From: Spirochaetia bacterium
GTDB taxonomy: Bacteria > Spirochaetota > Spirochaetia > SZUA-6 > Bin103
DNA: 64,000 nucleotides
NCBI GenBank assembly: GCA_965208575.1
Contig: CBDBOV010000003.1
Coordinates: forward strand, 704,001-768,000
Direction: 5' to 3'
Shown here: one piece after another, positions 46,413 to 55,067 of the stretch
How positions within the stretch are numbered: position 1 is the first letter of the stretch
How the letters are laid out: each line of letters opens with the position of its first letter
The notes under the pieces: model-generated
What the model was told of the DNA's origin: nothing
Seen by the model: only the letters and a program-made list of their open reading frames with translations
Databases searched by the model: none
Position numbers and translations under genes: made by a program

Positions 46413-47613
46413 GCAGCAGGTTGGCGGCCCGCCCGGAGAACTCCGGGTCGTTGATGTTATGGTCCGACTCCAGGAATGGGATGTCGGCGCGCAGGTTGCC
46501 GCGGATCGCTTCGAAGCAGGCGGCGTCCGCCTCCGGGTCCCAGAACCGCTCGCCCTCGCTGTCCAGCATCGATACGCCGCGCTTCGGCACGAGCACCTTG
46601 ACCGGCGCGGCGGCCTCGTTGACGGCGGCGGCGATCATCTCGCCGATGCGGCGGTTCTCGGCAACGTTGGTGCGCAGCAGGGTGACGTCCGGGTTCCACT
46701 CGTAGAGCTGGCGGCCGCGGTAGTGCTCGGGAACGGTCTCCGGGCCGCCGAAGTTGGCCATGTCCACGCAACCGGGCACCACCACCGCCGGGATGCCGGC
46801 GCGGGAGGCGGCCAGGCAGCGCTCCGGGCCGGCGTCGAACACGCCGCCGCACACCGTGTCGGCCAGCTCGGTGGTGGTGATGTCCAGGCTGCCGGCGATG
46901 TAGCCGTCGCTGATCAGGCCCTCCATGGTGCGGCCCCCGCTGCCGGTGGCGTGGAACACCAGCACCTCGTAGCCGGCGGCCTCCAGGATGCCTTGCGCGT
47001 GGCCGACCGCGGTGGTGGTGTTGCCGAACATCGACGCGGTCAGCAGCGGCCGCTCGTCGCCGGTGGCGGTCGCCGCGGCGCCGCGGCCCCGTACCATGCC
47101 GGCGATGGCGCCGGCGGCGTTGGCGTAGATGGCGCGGCTGATGCGGTTCATGCCGGCCACGTCCACGATGGAGGGCATGAAGGTGATGTCCTTGGTGCCG
47201 GCGAAGGCGCTCACGTCGCCGCCGCCCACCGTGGACACCATCACCTTCGGTACCCCGACCGGCAACTCGCGCATGGCGGTGGTGGCCAGCGATGTGCCGC
47301 CGCTGCCGCCCATGCCGATGATGCCGTCCAGGCGCCCCTCGCCGTGCAGGCGGCTCACCACCGCGGCCAGCCCGCGCGCCATGGTGGCCATCGCCGCGTC
47401 CTTGTGGCCGCCCGACGAAAGGTGCGCAAGATCGCCGTCCCCGGCCGCGCACACCTCGGCGCGGGTCACGTCGGGCGTGAAGGCGGGCTCTCCCATCACC
47501 CCAAAGTCCACCACCAGCGTGTCCACTCCGGCTCCTTCGATCAGTTCCTTGACGAACGCGAAGTCCGCCCCCTTGGTGTCCAGCGCCCCCACCAGCACTA
47601 CCGTATCGGCCAT
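46396..47613 (-). CDS. Tm-1-like ATP-binding domain protein (UPF0261)
   Basis: GALDTKG, GMGGSGGT, LPVGVPKVMVST, MFGNTT, FHATGSGG, DMANFG. Confidence 0.93.
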   Translation of the reverse strand: MADTVVLVGALDTKGADFAFVKELIEGAGVDTLVVDFGVMGEPAFTPDVTRAEVCAAGDGDLAHLSSGGHKDAAMATMARGLAAVVSRLHGEGRLDGIIGMGGSGGTSLATTAMRELPVGVPKVMVSTVGGGDVSAFAGTKDITFMPSIVDVAGMNRISRAIYANAAGAIAGMVRGRGAAATATGDERPLLTASMFGNTTTAVGHAQGILEAAGYEVLVFHATGSGGRTMEGLISDGYIAGSLDITTTELADTVCGGVFDAGPERCLAASRAGIPAVVVPGCVDMANFGGPETVPEHYRGRQLYEWNPDVTLLRTNVAENRRIGEMIAAAVNEAAAPVKVLVPKRGVSMLDSEGERFWDPEADAACFEAIRGNLRADIPFLESDHNINDPEFSGRAANLLLEMLK

Positions 47614-47768
47614 CAGTTCCTCCGGCCCTTACCCAAACCCAAATCGCGCCGTCCGGCAAGTACCCCGAACCTCGCTACGGCGGCCCGTGGCCCATCAGCG
47701 TCAAACGCCGTGCATTAGCGTCGGCGGTTGTGTGCGATCCGCGCATCGAGTGGTAACATGTGAGCGCC

Positions 47769-48872
47769 ATGATCAAGCGGGTCACGTTCAGGAATTTCCG
47801 CAGCCTGCAGGAGGTCGAGTTGGATCTCGGACCACTGACGGTGCTGATCGGACCCAACGGGTCCGGGAAGACCAACGTGATCGACGCCCTTCGGTTCGTC
47901 GATGCATTTGCTTGGCAGGGCCGGAGGTTGGACAATGAGATCGATGCCCGCGGTGGCTGGACGGAGTTGGTGTGGGGCGGCGATGCCGCCACTCCTTTGG
48001 AAATCGGTGTCGACTTCGAGCAGGAGTGTGGTCTCGTTGCGTACTGTGCGACCCTCCGCCCACGCCGCGATGGTGAAACCGTCGCTGATGCAGAGTCGCT
48101 TGCCGTCAACGATACGCCGCAGATTGCTAGGCGCGGCGAACGAGTGGAATTATCGGACGGCGTCCTCGCCAGCCCCCCAAGCGGTGCTCTCAGCGTGGCT
48201 CACCTCGGGATCACCCAGATGCTGGCCCGGAAGATACCGTCACTGCGCCTTCCGGATTGGAGCTTCTATGATCTCGTTCCCGGAGCTACCAGGGGACCGA
48301 AGCCGATCAAGCGCGAGTACCGACTGGACGTAACCGGCAGCAAGCTTGCTACCGTGGTTCACACGTTGTTTTCCGACGCTGATCCCGCGCTCGAGGATGC
48401 GCTCGATTTCTTGAAGGGATGTGTCCCGACCGTGGAGCGCCTGATCTCTCCCATCTTCGGAGAGGGTGAGACCTACGTCGCGCTGGCCGAGCGTGATGTT
48501 CCACGACCGGTCGGGTCGTGGGGGCTGTCCGACGGCACGCTGCTGGCCCTGGCGATCGCCGTCGCCCTCGTTACGCCGAGGCCGCCCGATCTCATTTGCC
48601 TGGAGTCTCCCGAGGCCGGCATTCATCCACGCATGCTGGAGGCGATCGCTGATCTGTTGGTGTCCGCGTCCGCGGAGACTCAGGTGATCGTCACCACCCA
48701 CTCTCCCTACCTGCTGCGCTGGTTGCCGTACGAGCATTTCGTGGTCGTGGACAAGGTCGAAGGCGCAACTACGTTGCGTCCCCTGCACGATGACGCGGAC
48801 CTTCGCGAACTGGTTCAGGAGTTGGGCGCCGGAGAAGCCTGGTACGCCGGCTATCTCGGCGGCGTACCGTGA
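47769..48872 (+). CDS. AAA_21/AAA_15-type ABC ATPase
   Basis: NFRSL, GPNGSGKTN, LSDGT, LESPEAGIHP, QVIVTTHSP. Confidence 0.9.
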   Translation: MIKRVTFRNFRSLQEVELDLGPLTVLIGPNGSGKTNVIDALRFVDAFAWQGRRLDNEIDARGGWTELVWGGDAATPLEIGVDFEQECGLVAYCATLRPRRDGETVADAESLAVNDTPQIARRGERVELSDGVLASPPSGALSVAHLGITQMLARKIPSLRLPDWSFYDLVPGATRGPKPIKREYRLDVTGSKLATVVHTLFSDADPALEDALDFLKGCVPTVERLISPIFGEGETYVALAERDVPRPVGSWGLSDGTLLALAIAVALVTPRPPDLICLESPEAGIHPRMLEAIADLLVSASAETQVIVTTHSPYLLRWLPYEHFVVVDKVEGATTLRPLHDDADLRELVQELGAGEAWYAGYLGGVP

Positions 48873-49447
48873 GCCTGGGGTTGTTCGTCGAAGGGCAGAG
48901 CGACCGCGATACGATCCCGATCCTCGCCAGGAAGATCGGCTTTCGAAGGGCGATCCGGTGCCGTGTGGTCGAACGCGGCAGCATGCTGTCGGCCGATCGG
49001 ATGACACCCCACGTTCGGAGTCTCTCGAAGCAGCATCCCGACCTGACAGACATTCTGATATGCATGGATGGCGACGAGTTCACGCCCGATCAGTTGCGAC
49101 GACGCGTGATTCAGCCGGCGCGGCAGTTGAACCGCGTGTCGTCGGTGCAGGTGAACTACATCATCGTCGACCGTGCGCTGGAAGGCTGGCTTGCCTGCGA
49201 CGAGGGGGCGTTACGTGCGGTGCTCGGTTCGCGTGCGAGGATAAATATCAAGAGCCATCCCGAGCACCACCCGCGGCCGGCTGAAATATTGCGACGACTA
49301 TTTCGCGAGAACGGAAGGACTTTCGTCAAGACCCGCCACGATCCGCAGATCGCCGACCAGGTCACCTCCAGTGTTGTCGCCAGGCGGAGCCCGACATTCA
49401 CCGAGTTCTCGCGGACTATCAGAAGACTTGATTCCGCGGGCTCGTAA
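48869..49447 (+). CDS. DUF4276-like TOPRIM-fold protein
   Basis: LFVEGQSD, CMDGD, LEGWLACD, RSPTF; GTGA overlap with the ATPase. Confidence 0.8.
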   Translation: MSLGLFVEGQSDRDTIPILARKIGFRRAIRCRVVERGSMLSADRMTPHVRSLSKQHPDLTDILICMDGDEFTPDQLRRRVIQPARQLNRVSSVQVNYIIVDRALEGWLACDEGALRAVLGSRARINIKSHPEHHPRPAEILRRLFRENGRTFVKTRHDPQIADQVTSSVVARRSPTFTEFSRTIRRLDSAGS

Positions 49448-49538
49448 GGCTCGCGAAGTTCGCCCATTGACCATCGACAGGAAGAGTTTCTGACCCCGAG
49501 TATACGGTGGTCGTCGTCCGAAGACCGGCGTGCTGCGG

Positions 49539-50222
49539 TCAACTATCGTTGGTCGTGCCCATCAGGGTGAGGATGCGGGCGACGTAGCCCTGGGTTTCTT
49601 CGGGAGCGTGGCCGGTCACATGGGCCCACAGGGCGCAGTCGGCGCGGCACGCTTCCTGGGCGCGCAGGATGCGGCTGCGCCCGCCGTTGTAGCTGGCGAA
49701 GGTGAACGCCAGCCGCTCGCGCGGCATCGGAATGTCGTGCCAGCGTTCGTACAGGTCGCGGTCATAGAAGATACCCGCGGCGATGTTGGCCCCGGGATCG
49801 TCGTTGTCCAGCACCGGCAGGTCCGACTTCTCGGCGATCTCGCGCAGCGTGGCCGGCATGATCTGCATGATCCCCTTGGCCCCCACCCAGCTCTCCGCAT
49901 CCTCACGCAGGCCCGACTCGGCGATGCCCTGCGCCTTGAACCAGCGCCAGTCGAAGCCGGGGCCGAAGAACCGCTTCGAGTACTTCCGGAACAGCGGATC
50001 GTAGCGGTCGGTCCACACGTCGTGTTCCACCGGCTTGCGACCGAGCACGTCCGTGCCAGCCTGCGCATCGGCCGGGATCGCACCCTCAGCCGATGCTCCC
50101 GTCGCGGTGTCGTCCGCAGCATCTGCTGCAGGCAACCCGGCTGCGCATCCGGCCAGAAGCGCGGCGGCCGCCAGGGCCGCCGGCAGGCTCCCGCGGGCGA
50201 TCCGTGTGACGGTCGCGGTCAA
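49539..50222 (-). CDS. Lytic transglycosylase (SLT domain)
   Basis: KAQGIAESG, GAKGIMQIMP, ASYNGG, ETQGYV; signal peptide. Confidence 0.9.
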   Translation of the reverse strand: MTATVTRIARGSLPAALAAAALLAGCAAGLPAADAADDTATGASAEGAIPADAQAGTDVLGRKPVEHDVWTDRYDPLFRKYSKRFFGPGFDWRWFKAQGIAESGLREDAESWVGAKGIMQIMPATLREIAEKSDLPVLDNDDPGANIAAGIFYDRDLYERWHDIPMPRERLAFTFASYNGGRSRILRAQEACRADCALWAHVTGHAPEETQGYVARILTLMGTTNDS

Positions 50223-50437
50223 TTGAGGCCCATGCCGACGACCAGGCCGATGGCGATGCCGATACCGACGAACATGCCGCCGACCATGGTGCCGATTGCG
50301 CGGTTGCCGGCGGCCAGTTGCTCGGCGGTGTCGAACGGGGTCAGGTGATCGATCACCTTGTAGCCCACGAACATGAACGCAATAGCCGCACCCCCGCCGA
50401 GCAGTGCGTAGAGCAGATTCAATAGTACGATAGTCAC
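50219..50437 (-). CDS. DUF350-like small membrane protein
   Basis: GTG after GGAGG; YKVIDHLTPFDTAEQLAAGNRAIG lies between two hydrophobic helices. Confidence 0.8.
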   Translation of the reverse strand: MTIVLLNLLYALLGGGAAIAFMFVGYKVIDHLTPFDTAEQLAAGNRAIGTMVGGMFVGIGIAIGLVVGMGLN

Positions 50438-50539
50438 TTCGCTCTCCTCCGAGACATGCGACACATCATACCGCAGCGCAAACCGGCCAAGCCGGTGGCA
50501 TGATTTGACAGGAACACGCTGCCCGAACATGCTGTTTGC

Positions 50540-52174
50540 TTGCTGCAGGGAGTGACAGGGACGCGCCCGGAGACGTTGGCGGCACGCCTGGAGGCGATCG
50601 GCTATCGAGTGCTGCGGCAGCAGGCGATCGACGAGCCGCTGCTTTATTACGACACCCAGGAGGGAACGGTGTTCGCGCGCGGCGCGCGGCTGTTCCGGAA
50701 CCTGCCAGCCGCGGCGTCTCGTGAACTGCCGCCGGCGCGGTCGCCGTGGCGGTTCTTCGACCGCCGCCAGGCTTCGGCAAGCTGCGCCTCGCTGGCGGGC
50801 CTGCGCCGCGATGTGCCCTGGCTTCCCGACGAGGCCGAGTTGCATCCGATACTGCGAGCGGTACGTAGCGCTGTCCTGCTGCGGCTGCGCGGGTTGGCGA
50901 CTCGTGACCTGACCGTGGTGGTGGAGCGGTGGAGCTTTGCCGGCACGGCGCCGCCTGCCGACGGCCAACCCCCCGGGCTGCTGGTGCGCGCGGCACTTGA
51001 GCGACCGGGCGCGGCCGCCACGAGCAGCACCTCGCCAGCCGCGCGGATGCCCACCGCCTGGTACGTGGCGCCGGACGACGGCCCGCGCCACGACCGCGCC
51101 TACCTGGAGATGTTGCTGAGCGAGCATGCCCGCGCGGTCGGGTTGCCGCGTGGCCGCCCGGCAGGCAGTTGGGATCCGCTTGCCACCGGCCTGGAGCTGA
51201 TCGGCCGCCTGCCGCCCGGCTTGGCCGCGCCGCGCAGCCTGGTCGTGCGCCGCGCCGACTCTCTGACGGCGGTGCTCGGTAAGACGATTCGGTTGCAGGG
51301 GCTGCGCCTGGCGAGCTGCGTCGACGGCATCCTTTGCGACCACCATTCCGAATACGTACACGATGCCCGGGTAGCGGTGCGACGGGCGCGCTTCGCGCTT
51401 CTCGTGGCGGCGGCAGGTGGCGACCCGGCGGCGCGCGAACTGAGCGGCCGCCTGCGCTGCGTCGCCCGGCTGCTGGGGCCGGTGCGCGACCTCGATGTGC
51501 TGCTGGCCCGTCTCCCGAAACTGGCAGCGGCGGCCCGGCCGGACGCGGATCCGGATGGAACCGCCGCCAGCGCCGCCGAACAGCGCTTGTCCGACGAGCT
51601 GTGGGCGCGCCGCGAGGAGCGCCGCGGCACGGCTGGCGAGTTGCTGCACGATGCGGACACCTGCCGCCTCCTGGAGCAGATCTCTGGTTGGCGGGCGGAC
51701 GGCATTGCCGATCAGCCGGCCGGGAGCAGCGCGCGTGATGCGTTGCGCGTCGCCCTGGAGCGGGTGGACAAAGCGGGAACCGCGGTTGCCACCTCCGAGT
51801 CCGTGCCGGTTGGCAACCTGCACCGGCTGCGGCTGCGCTTGAAGCGGCTGCGCTACACGGCGGAGCTGTTCTCGGGAGCCCTGAAAAGAAGGCGCGACAA
51901 TCGCGCCCTGGGCGCTGTCGTTGCCGAGTGCGCCGCCGCACAGACGTTGCTCGGCGACCTCAACGATGACGCAGTTGCCGAGACGGAGATTGCCGCGGCG
52001 GCCGGTGTGGTGCGCAACCGGGACAGCGGAGATGATCGAATCGCGGCAGATCTCGCTCACCGGATTGTCGCTGTGCTCCAGCAGCGGCAGGAGCGGGCGG
52101 CCCGCAACTTCGCGCAAGGTTGGCGCCGGCAGCGAAGCCGGCTGCGCAAATCGTTGCAGGAGCTGTTGGGATGA
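50540..52174 (+). CDS. CHAD-domain protein (degenerate CYTH-like N-terminus)
   Basis: VHDARVAVRRAR, LGPVRDLDV, LHRLRLRLKRLRYTAELF, LGDLND. Upstream TTGACA-N17-CATGCT-N6-TTG. Confidence 0.88.
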   Translation: MLQGVTGTRPETLAARLEAIGYRVLRQQAIDEPLLYYDTQEGTVFARGARLFRNLPAAASRELPPARSPWRFFDRRQASASCASLAGLRRDVPWLPDEAELHPILRAVRSAVLLRLRGLATRDLTVVVERWSFAGTAPPADGQPPGLLVRAALERPGAAATSSTSPAARMPTAWYVAPDDGPRHDRAYLEMLLSEHARAVGLPRGRPAGSWDPLATGLELIGRLPPGLAAPRSLVVRRADSLTAVLGKTIRLQGLRLASCVDGILCDHHSEYVHDARVAVRRARFALLVAAAGGDPAARELSGRLRCVARLLGPVRDLDVLLARLPKLAAAARPDADPDGTAASAAEQRLSDELWARREERRGTAGELLHDADTCRLLEQISGWRADGIADQPAGSSARDALRVALERVDKAGTAVATSESVPVGNLHRLRLRLKRLRYTAELFSGALKRRRDNRALGAVVAECAAAQTLLGDLNDDAVAETEIAAAAGVVRNRDSGDDRIAADLAHRIVAVLQQRQERAARNFAQGWRRQRSRLRKSLQELLG

Positions 52175-52938
52175 CGGTCATTGCGCTGGCCGGCGTGAAG
52201 GGCGGCGTCGGCAAGACCGCCGCGGCCGTCAACCTGGCGGTCCTGGCTGCGCGTGCGGACGCTCCCGCGCTGCTCTGGGACATGGATCCGCAGGGCGCCG
52301 CCGGGTTCTGCCTGGCCCAGGAGGCGACGTTGCGACGCAAGCCGGCCCGGCTGCTGTCCGGACGCACTGCCCTGCGCGCAGAAGCGGTGGAGACTCCATA
52401 CCGGGGCCTGGACCTGGTGCCGTCGCGGCTGGGCATGCGCCACCTGGAGCGCCTGCTCGGTCCGGCGGGCGGTAAGCGTGCCGGGGTTCGGAGGGCGCTG
52501 CGCGGAGTGCGGCGCTCCTACCGGTGGGTGGTGCTCGATTGCCCGTCCGGTGCGGGACGACTCATGGAACACGTACTGCGGGCCGCCGACCTGGTGCTGG
52601 CGCCGGTGGTGCCGTCGCCGCTGGCGATCCGTGGTTACGAGGAACTGCTCGTACTGGCGGCCAAGACCGGCGCCGGACGCGAGCGCATCGTACCGTTCTT
52701 CTCCATGGTGGAGCACCGCAAGCGGCTGCACCGGCAGGCGATGGCGGAGCTGCGCCGGCGCGATTCGCGCTTTCTGAACACGGCGATTCCCTATCGTGCC
52801 GACATCGAGCGCATGGGCGAGACGCGCAAGCCGATCGTCGCCCAGCGCCCCTCCTCGCAGGCGACGGCGGCCTACCGGGCGCTGTGGCGGGAGTGCCGCC
52901 GCCTGGCAGCAGGTGGTTCGCCACGGGCCGCTCGATGA
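52171..52938 (+). CDS. ParA/Soj-family ATPase
   Basis: KGGVGKT, WDMDPQG, VLDCP; ATGA overlap with the CHAD gene. Confidence 0.92.
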   Translation: MTVIALAGVKGGVGKTAAAVNLAVLAARADAPALLWDMDPQGAAGFCLAQEATLRRKPARLLSGRTALRAEAVETPYRGLDLVPSRLGMRHLERLLGPAGGKRAGVRRALRGVRRSYRWVVLDCPSGAGRLMEHVLRAADLVLAPVVPSPLAIRGYEELLVLAAKTGAGRERIVPFFSMVEHRKRLHRQAMAELRRRDSRFLNTAIPYRADIERMGETRKPIVAQRPSSQATAAYRALWRECRRLAAGGSPRAAR

Positions 52939-53012
52939 GGGCGGGCGCGACGGGCCGCCGGCGATGACCGCGGCTGTGCTGCGGGACCGCCGGTAACCGG
53001 ACCGATCTGCGC

Positions 53013-53126
53013 CATGCTGAGCGCGAAGCGTTCAGCATCATGTTGAGCGCGAAGCGTTCAGCATCATGTTGAGCGCGAAGCGTTCAGCATTTATGTTGAT
53101 CGCGAACATCGCTCAGCATCATGTTG
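53013..53126. repeat. Tandem array of 26-bp palindromic units (3 near-perfect, 1 degenerate, 1 partial)
   Basis: CATG(C/T)TGAGCGCGAAGCGTTCAGCAT at 53013, 53039 and 53065; degenerate copy at 53091-53119. Confidence 0.9.
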
Positions 53127-53279
53127 CGCGGCATGTTGCCGTGAGTCTGAACGGTCACTCCGTGACATGGAAGACGATGAAGACCGATGCCGAAGCATCG
53201 GCTGTCGGCCGGCTATTTCGGACCAGGCAGCGCGTCCGCGCGGCGAGATGCGCGACACCAGGAGACCAAGGAGGCCACG

Positions 53280-54242
53280 ATGCCAGGTTTGTTCGATCTT
53301 CCCTTCGACCAGTTGCAGGACTACCAGGGAGTCAATCCCCGGCCCGCCGACTTCGACGCGTACTGGGAGCGCGCTCACCGGGAACTTGCGGCGGTGGAAG
53401 CCGCGGTGGAACTGGTGCCGGCGCAGTTCCAGGCGCCGTTCGCGCGCTGCGACCACCTCTACTTCACCGGCGCCGGCGGAGCGCGCGTGCACGCCAAGCT
53501 GCTGCGCCGCATCGGGGCGGCGGAACCCGGCCCGGCGGTGCTGATGTTCCACGGCTACCGAGGCCAGTCGCCGGAGTGGTCGGAGATGCTCGGCTACGTC
53601 GCCGCCGGCTTCACGGTGGCGGCGTTGGACTGCCGCGGCCAGGGCGGCCGCTCCGACGACGCCGGCGGCGTGCGCGGCAACACGCTGTACGGCCATATCA
53701 TCCGCGGGCTCGCGGACGGCCCGGACCAGCTCCTGTACCGGCACATCTTTCTCGACACGGCACAGCTCGCCGGCATCGTGATGGGCCTCGACGAAGTGGA
53801 CGCGGGGCGCTTGGGGGCGACCGGCGCCTCCCAGGGCGGCGGTCTGACCCTCGCCTGCGCCGCGCTGGAGCCGCGCATCAGGCGCGCGGCTCCCGTGTAC
53901 CCATTCCTGTGCGACTACCAGCGGGTATGGGAGATGGATCAGGCGGAGCGCGCCTACCGCGAGCTGCGCGACTTCTTCCGCATGTTCGACCCCACGCATG
54001 AACGGCAGGCGCACTATTTCGAGCGCCTCGGCTACATCGACGTGCAGCATCTCGCCGCGCGCATCGAAGCGCAGGTGCTGATGGGGGTGGGCCTGATGGA
54101 CCAGGTGTGCCCGCCCTCCACGCAGTTCGCAGCCTACAACAAGATCACCGCGCCGAAGGAGATGGTGATTTTCCCCGACTACGAGCACGAAGCCCTGCCC
54201 GGGTTCCGCGACCGAACCTTCCAGTTCATGCTCGGCCTGTAG
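53280..54242 (+). CDS. Acetylxylan esterase / cephalosporin-C deacetylase (CE7)
   Basis: PADFDAYW, FHGY, DCRGQ, GASQGG, DQVCPPSTQFA; SD AAGGAGG. Confidence 0.94.
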   Translation: MPGLFDLPFDQLQDYQGVNPRPADFDAYWERAHRELAAVEAAVELVPAQFQAPFARCDHLYFTGAGGARVHAKLLRRIGAAEPGPAVLMFHGYRGQSPEWSEMLGYVAAGFTVAALDCRGQGGRSDDAGGVRGNTLYGHIIRGLADGPDQLLYRHIFLDTAQLAGIVMGLDEVDAGRLGATGASQGGGLTLACAALEPRIRRAAPVYPFLCDYQRVWEMDQAERAYRELRDFFRMFDPTHERQAHYFERLGYIDVQHLAARIEAQVLMGVGLMDQVCPPSTQFAAYNKITAPKEMVIFPDYEHEALPGFRDRTFQFMLGL

Positions 54243-54274
54243 CCGGCACCCGCCGGGGGACCGTCAGATCCCGG

Positions 54275-55063
54275 TCAGCCGGAGGCCGCGCGCCGCCTGG
54301 GCGTGTACGCCAGCAACAGGCCGATCTGGCGGTAGCCGACCAGCGGGTACAGCTTGGCGCCGGTGTGGCTGGATGTCAGCACCGCCATGCTGGCGCCGTG
54401 CGCACGGTCGTCGCGCAGCATGCGGCACAGCATGGCGCGGGCGATGCCGCGGCGCCGGAATTGTTCCACCACGAACAGGTTCTGGCACCAAGTGGCGCCG
54501 CTCACGGTGATGCTGCCCACCCAGCCCACCACCGTGTCGTCGATGAACGCCGCGTACTGGCGCTGCCGGGCGCCCGGATGCAGGTCTTCGGGGCGGATCT
54601 GCCGGTTGCGGGTGGCCCGGTGCAGGTGCTCGGCCATCTCCGCCGTCAGTACGCGCTCGATCACGGCCGGGGCAGGCACGCGCGGTATGCGCCGCAGCGG
54701 GTGCGCCATCAGCGGCTCGGTGGTGTTGAGCCGGTAGTCGAGCGCCTTGAAGCCGTCGCGCAACGGCTGGTCCGAGGTACCGGCAGGATGGATGGCACAG
54801 ATCACGTAGCGGCCGCGGGTCCCGGCGCGCGCGGCGGCGTCCACCGCGGCCGCGGGCAGGTTGCAGCTCACCCACTCCTCGCTGCGATAGTTGCCGCGGC
54901 GCCGCGGGGCGTCGCGCAGTACCCACAGCGGCGGCGCCGACGGGAAGCCGGGCACGCCGACCTTCGTTGCTTCGTAGGGGTGGGTGCGGCTGCGGACGTA
55001 GGAGAATCCGCGCGCGAACACCTCCATGGCTCGTTCCAGTTCCGCGGCGGCGGATGCCGGCAT
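54275..55063 (-). CDS. GNAT acetyltransferase
   Basis: LFVVEQFRRRGIARAM...LYPLVGY. Confidence 0.85.
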   Translation of the reverse strand: MPASAAAELERAMEVFARGFSYVRSRTHPYEATKVGVPGFPSAPPLWVLRDAPRRRGNYRSEEWVSCNLPAAAVDAAARAGTRGRYVICAIHPAGTSDQPLRDGFKALDYRLNTTEPLMAHPLRRIPRVPAPAVIERVLTAEMAEHLHRATRNRQIRPEDLHPGARQRQYAAFIDDTVVGWVGSITVSGATWCQNLFVVEQFRRRGIARAMLCRMLRDDRAHGASMAVLTSSHTGAKLYPLVGYRQIGLLLAYTPRRRAASG

Positions 55064-55067
55064 GCAG

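Noticed and set aside
53013-53126. Possible CRISPR array
   Set aside because: The units abut with no unique spacers, and there are no cas genes in the window.
53141-53154. GTGAGTCTGAA(C/T)GG match to 33487-33500
   Set aside because: A 14-nt match with one mismatch and no flanking homology; compatible with chance.
53150-53270. Possible BrnT toxin remnant (EDDEDRCRSIG / SARRDARHQE in different frames)
   Set aside because: The similarity is too short and needs several frameshifts; not supportable without a search.
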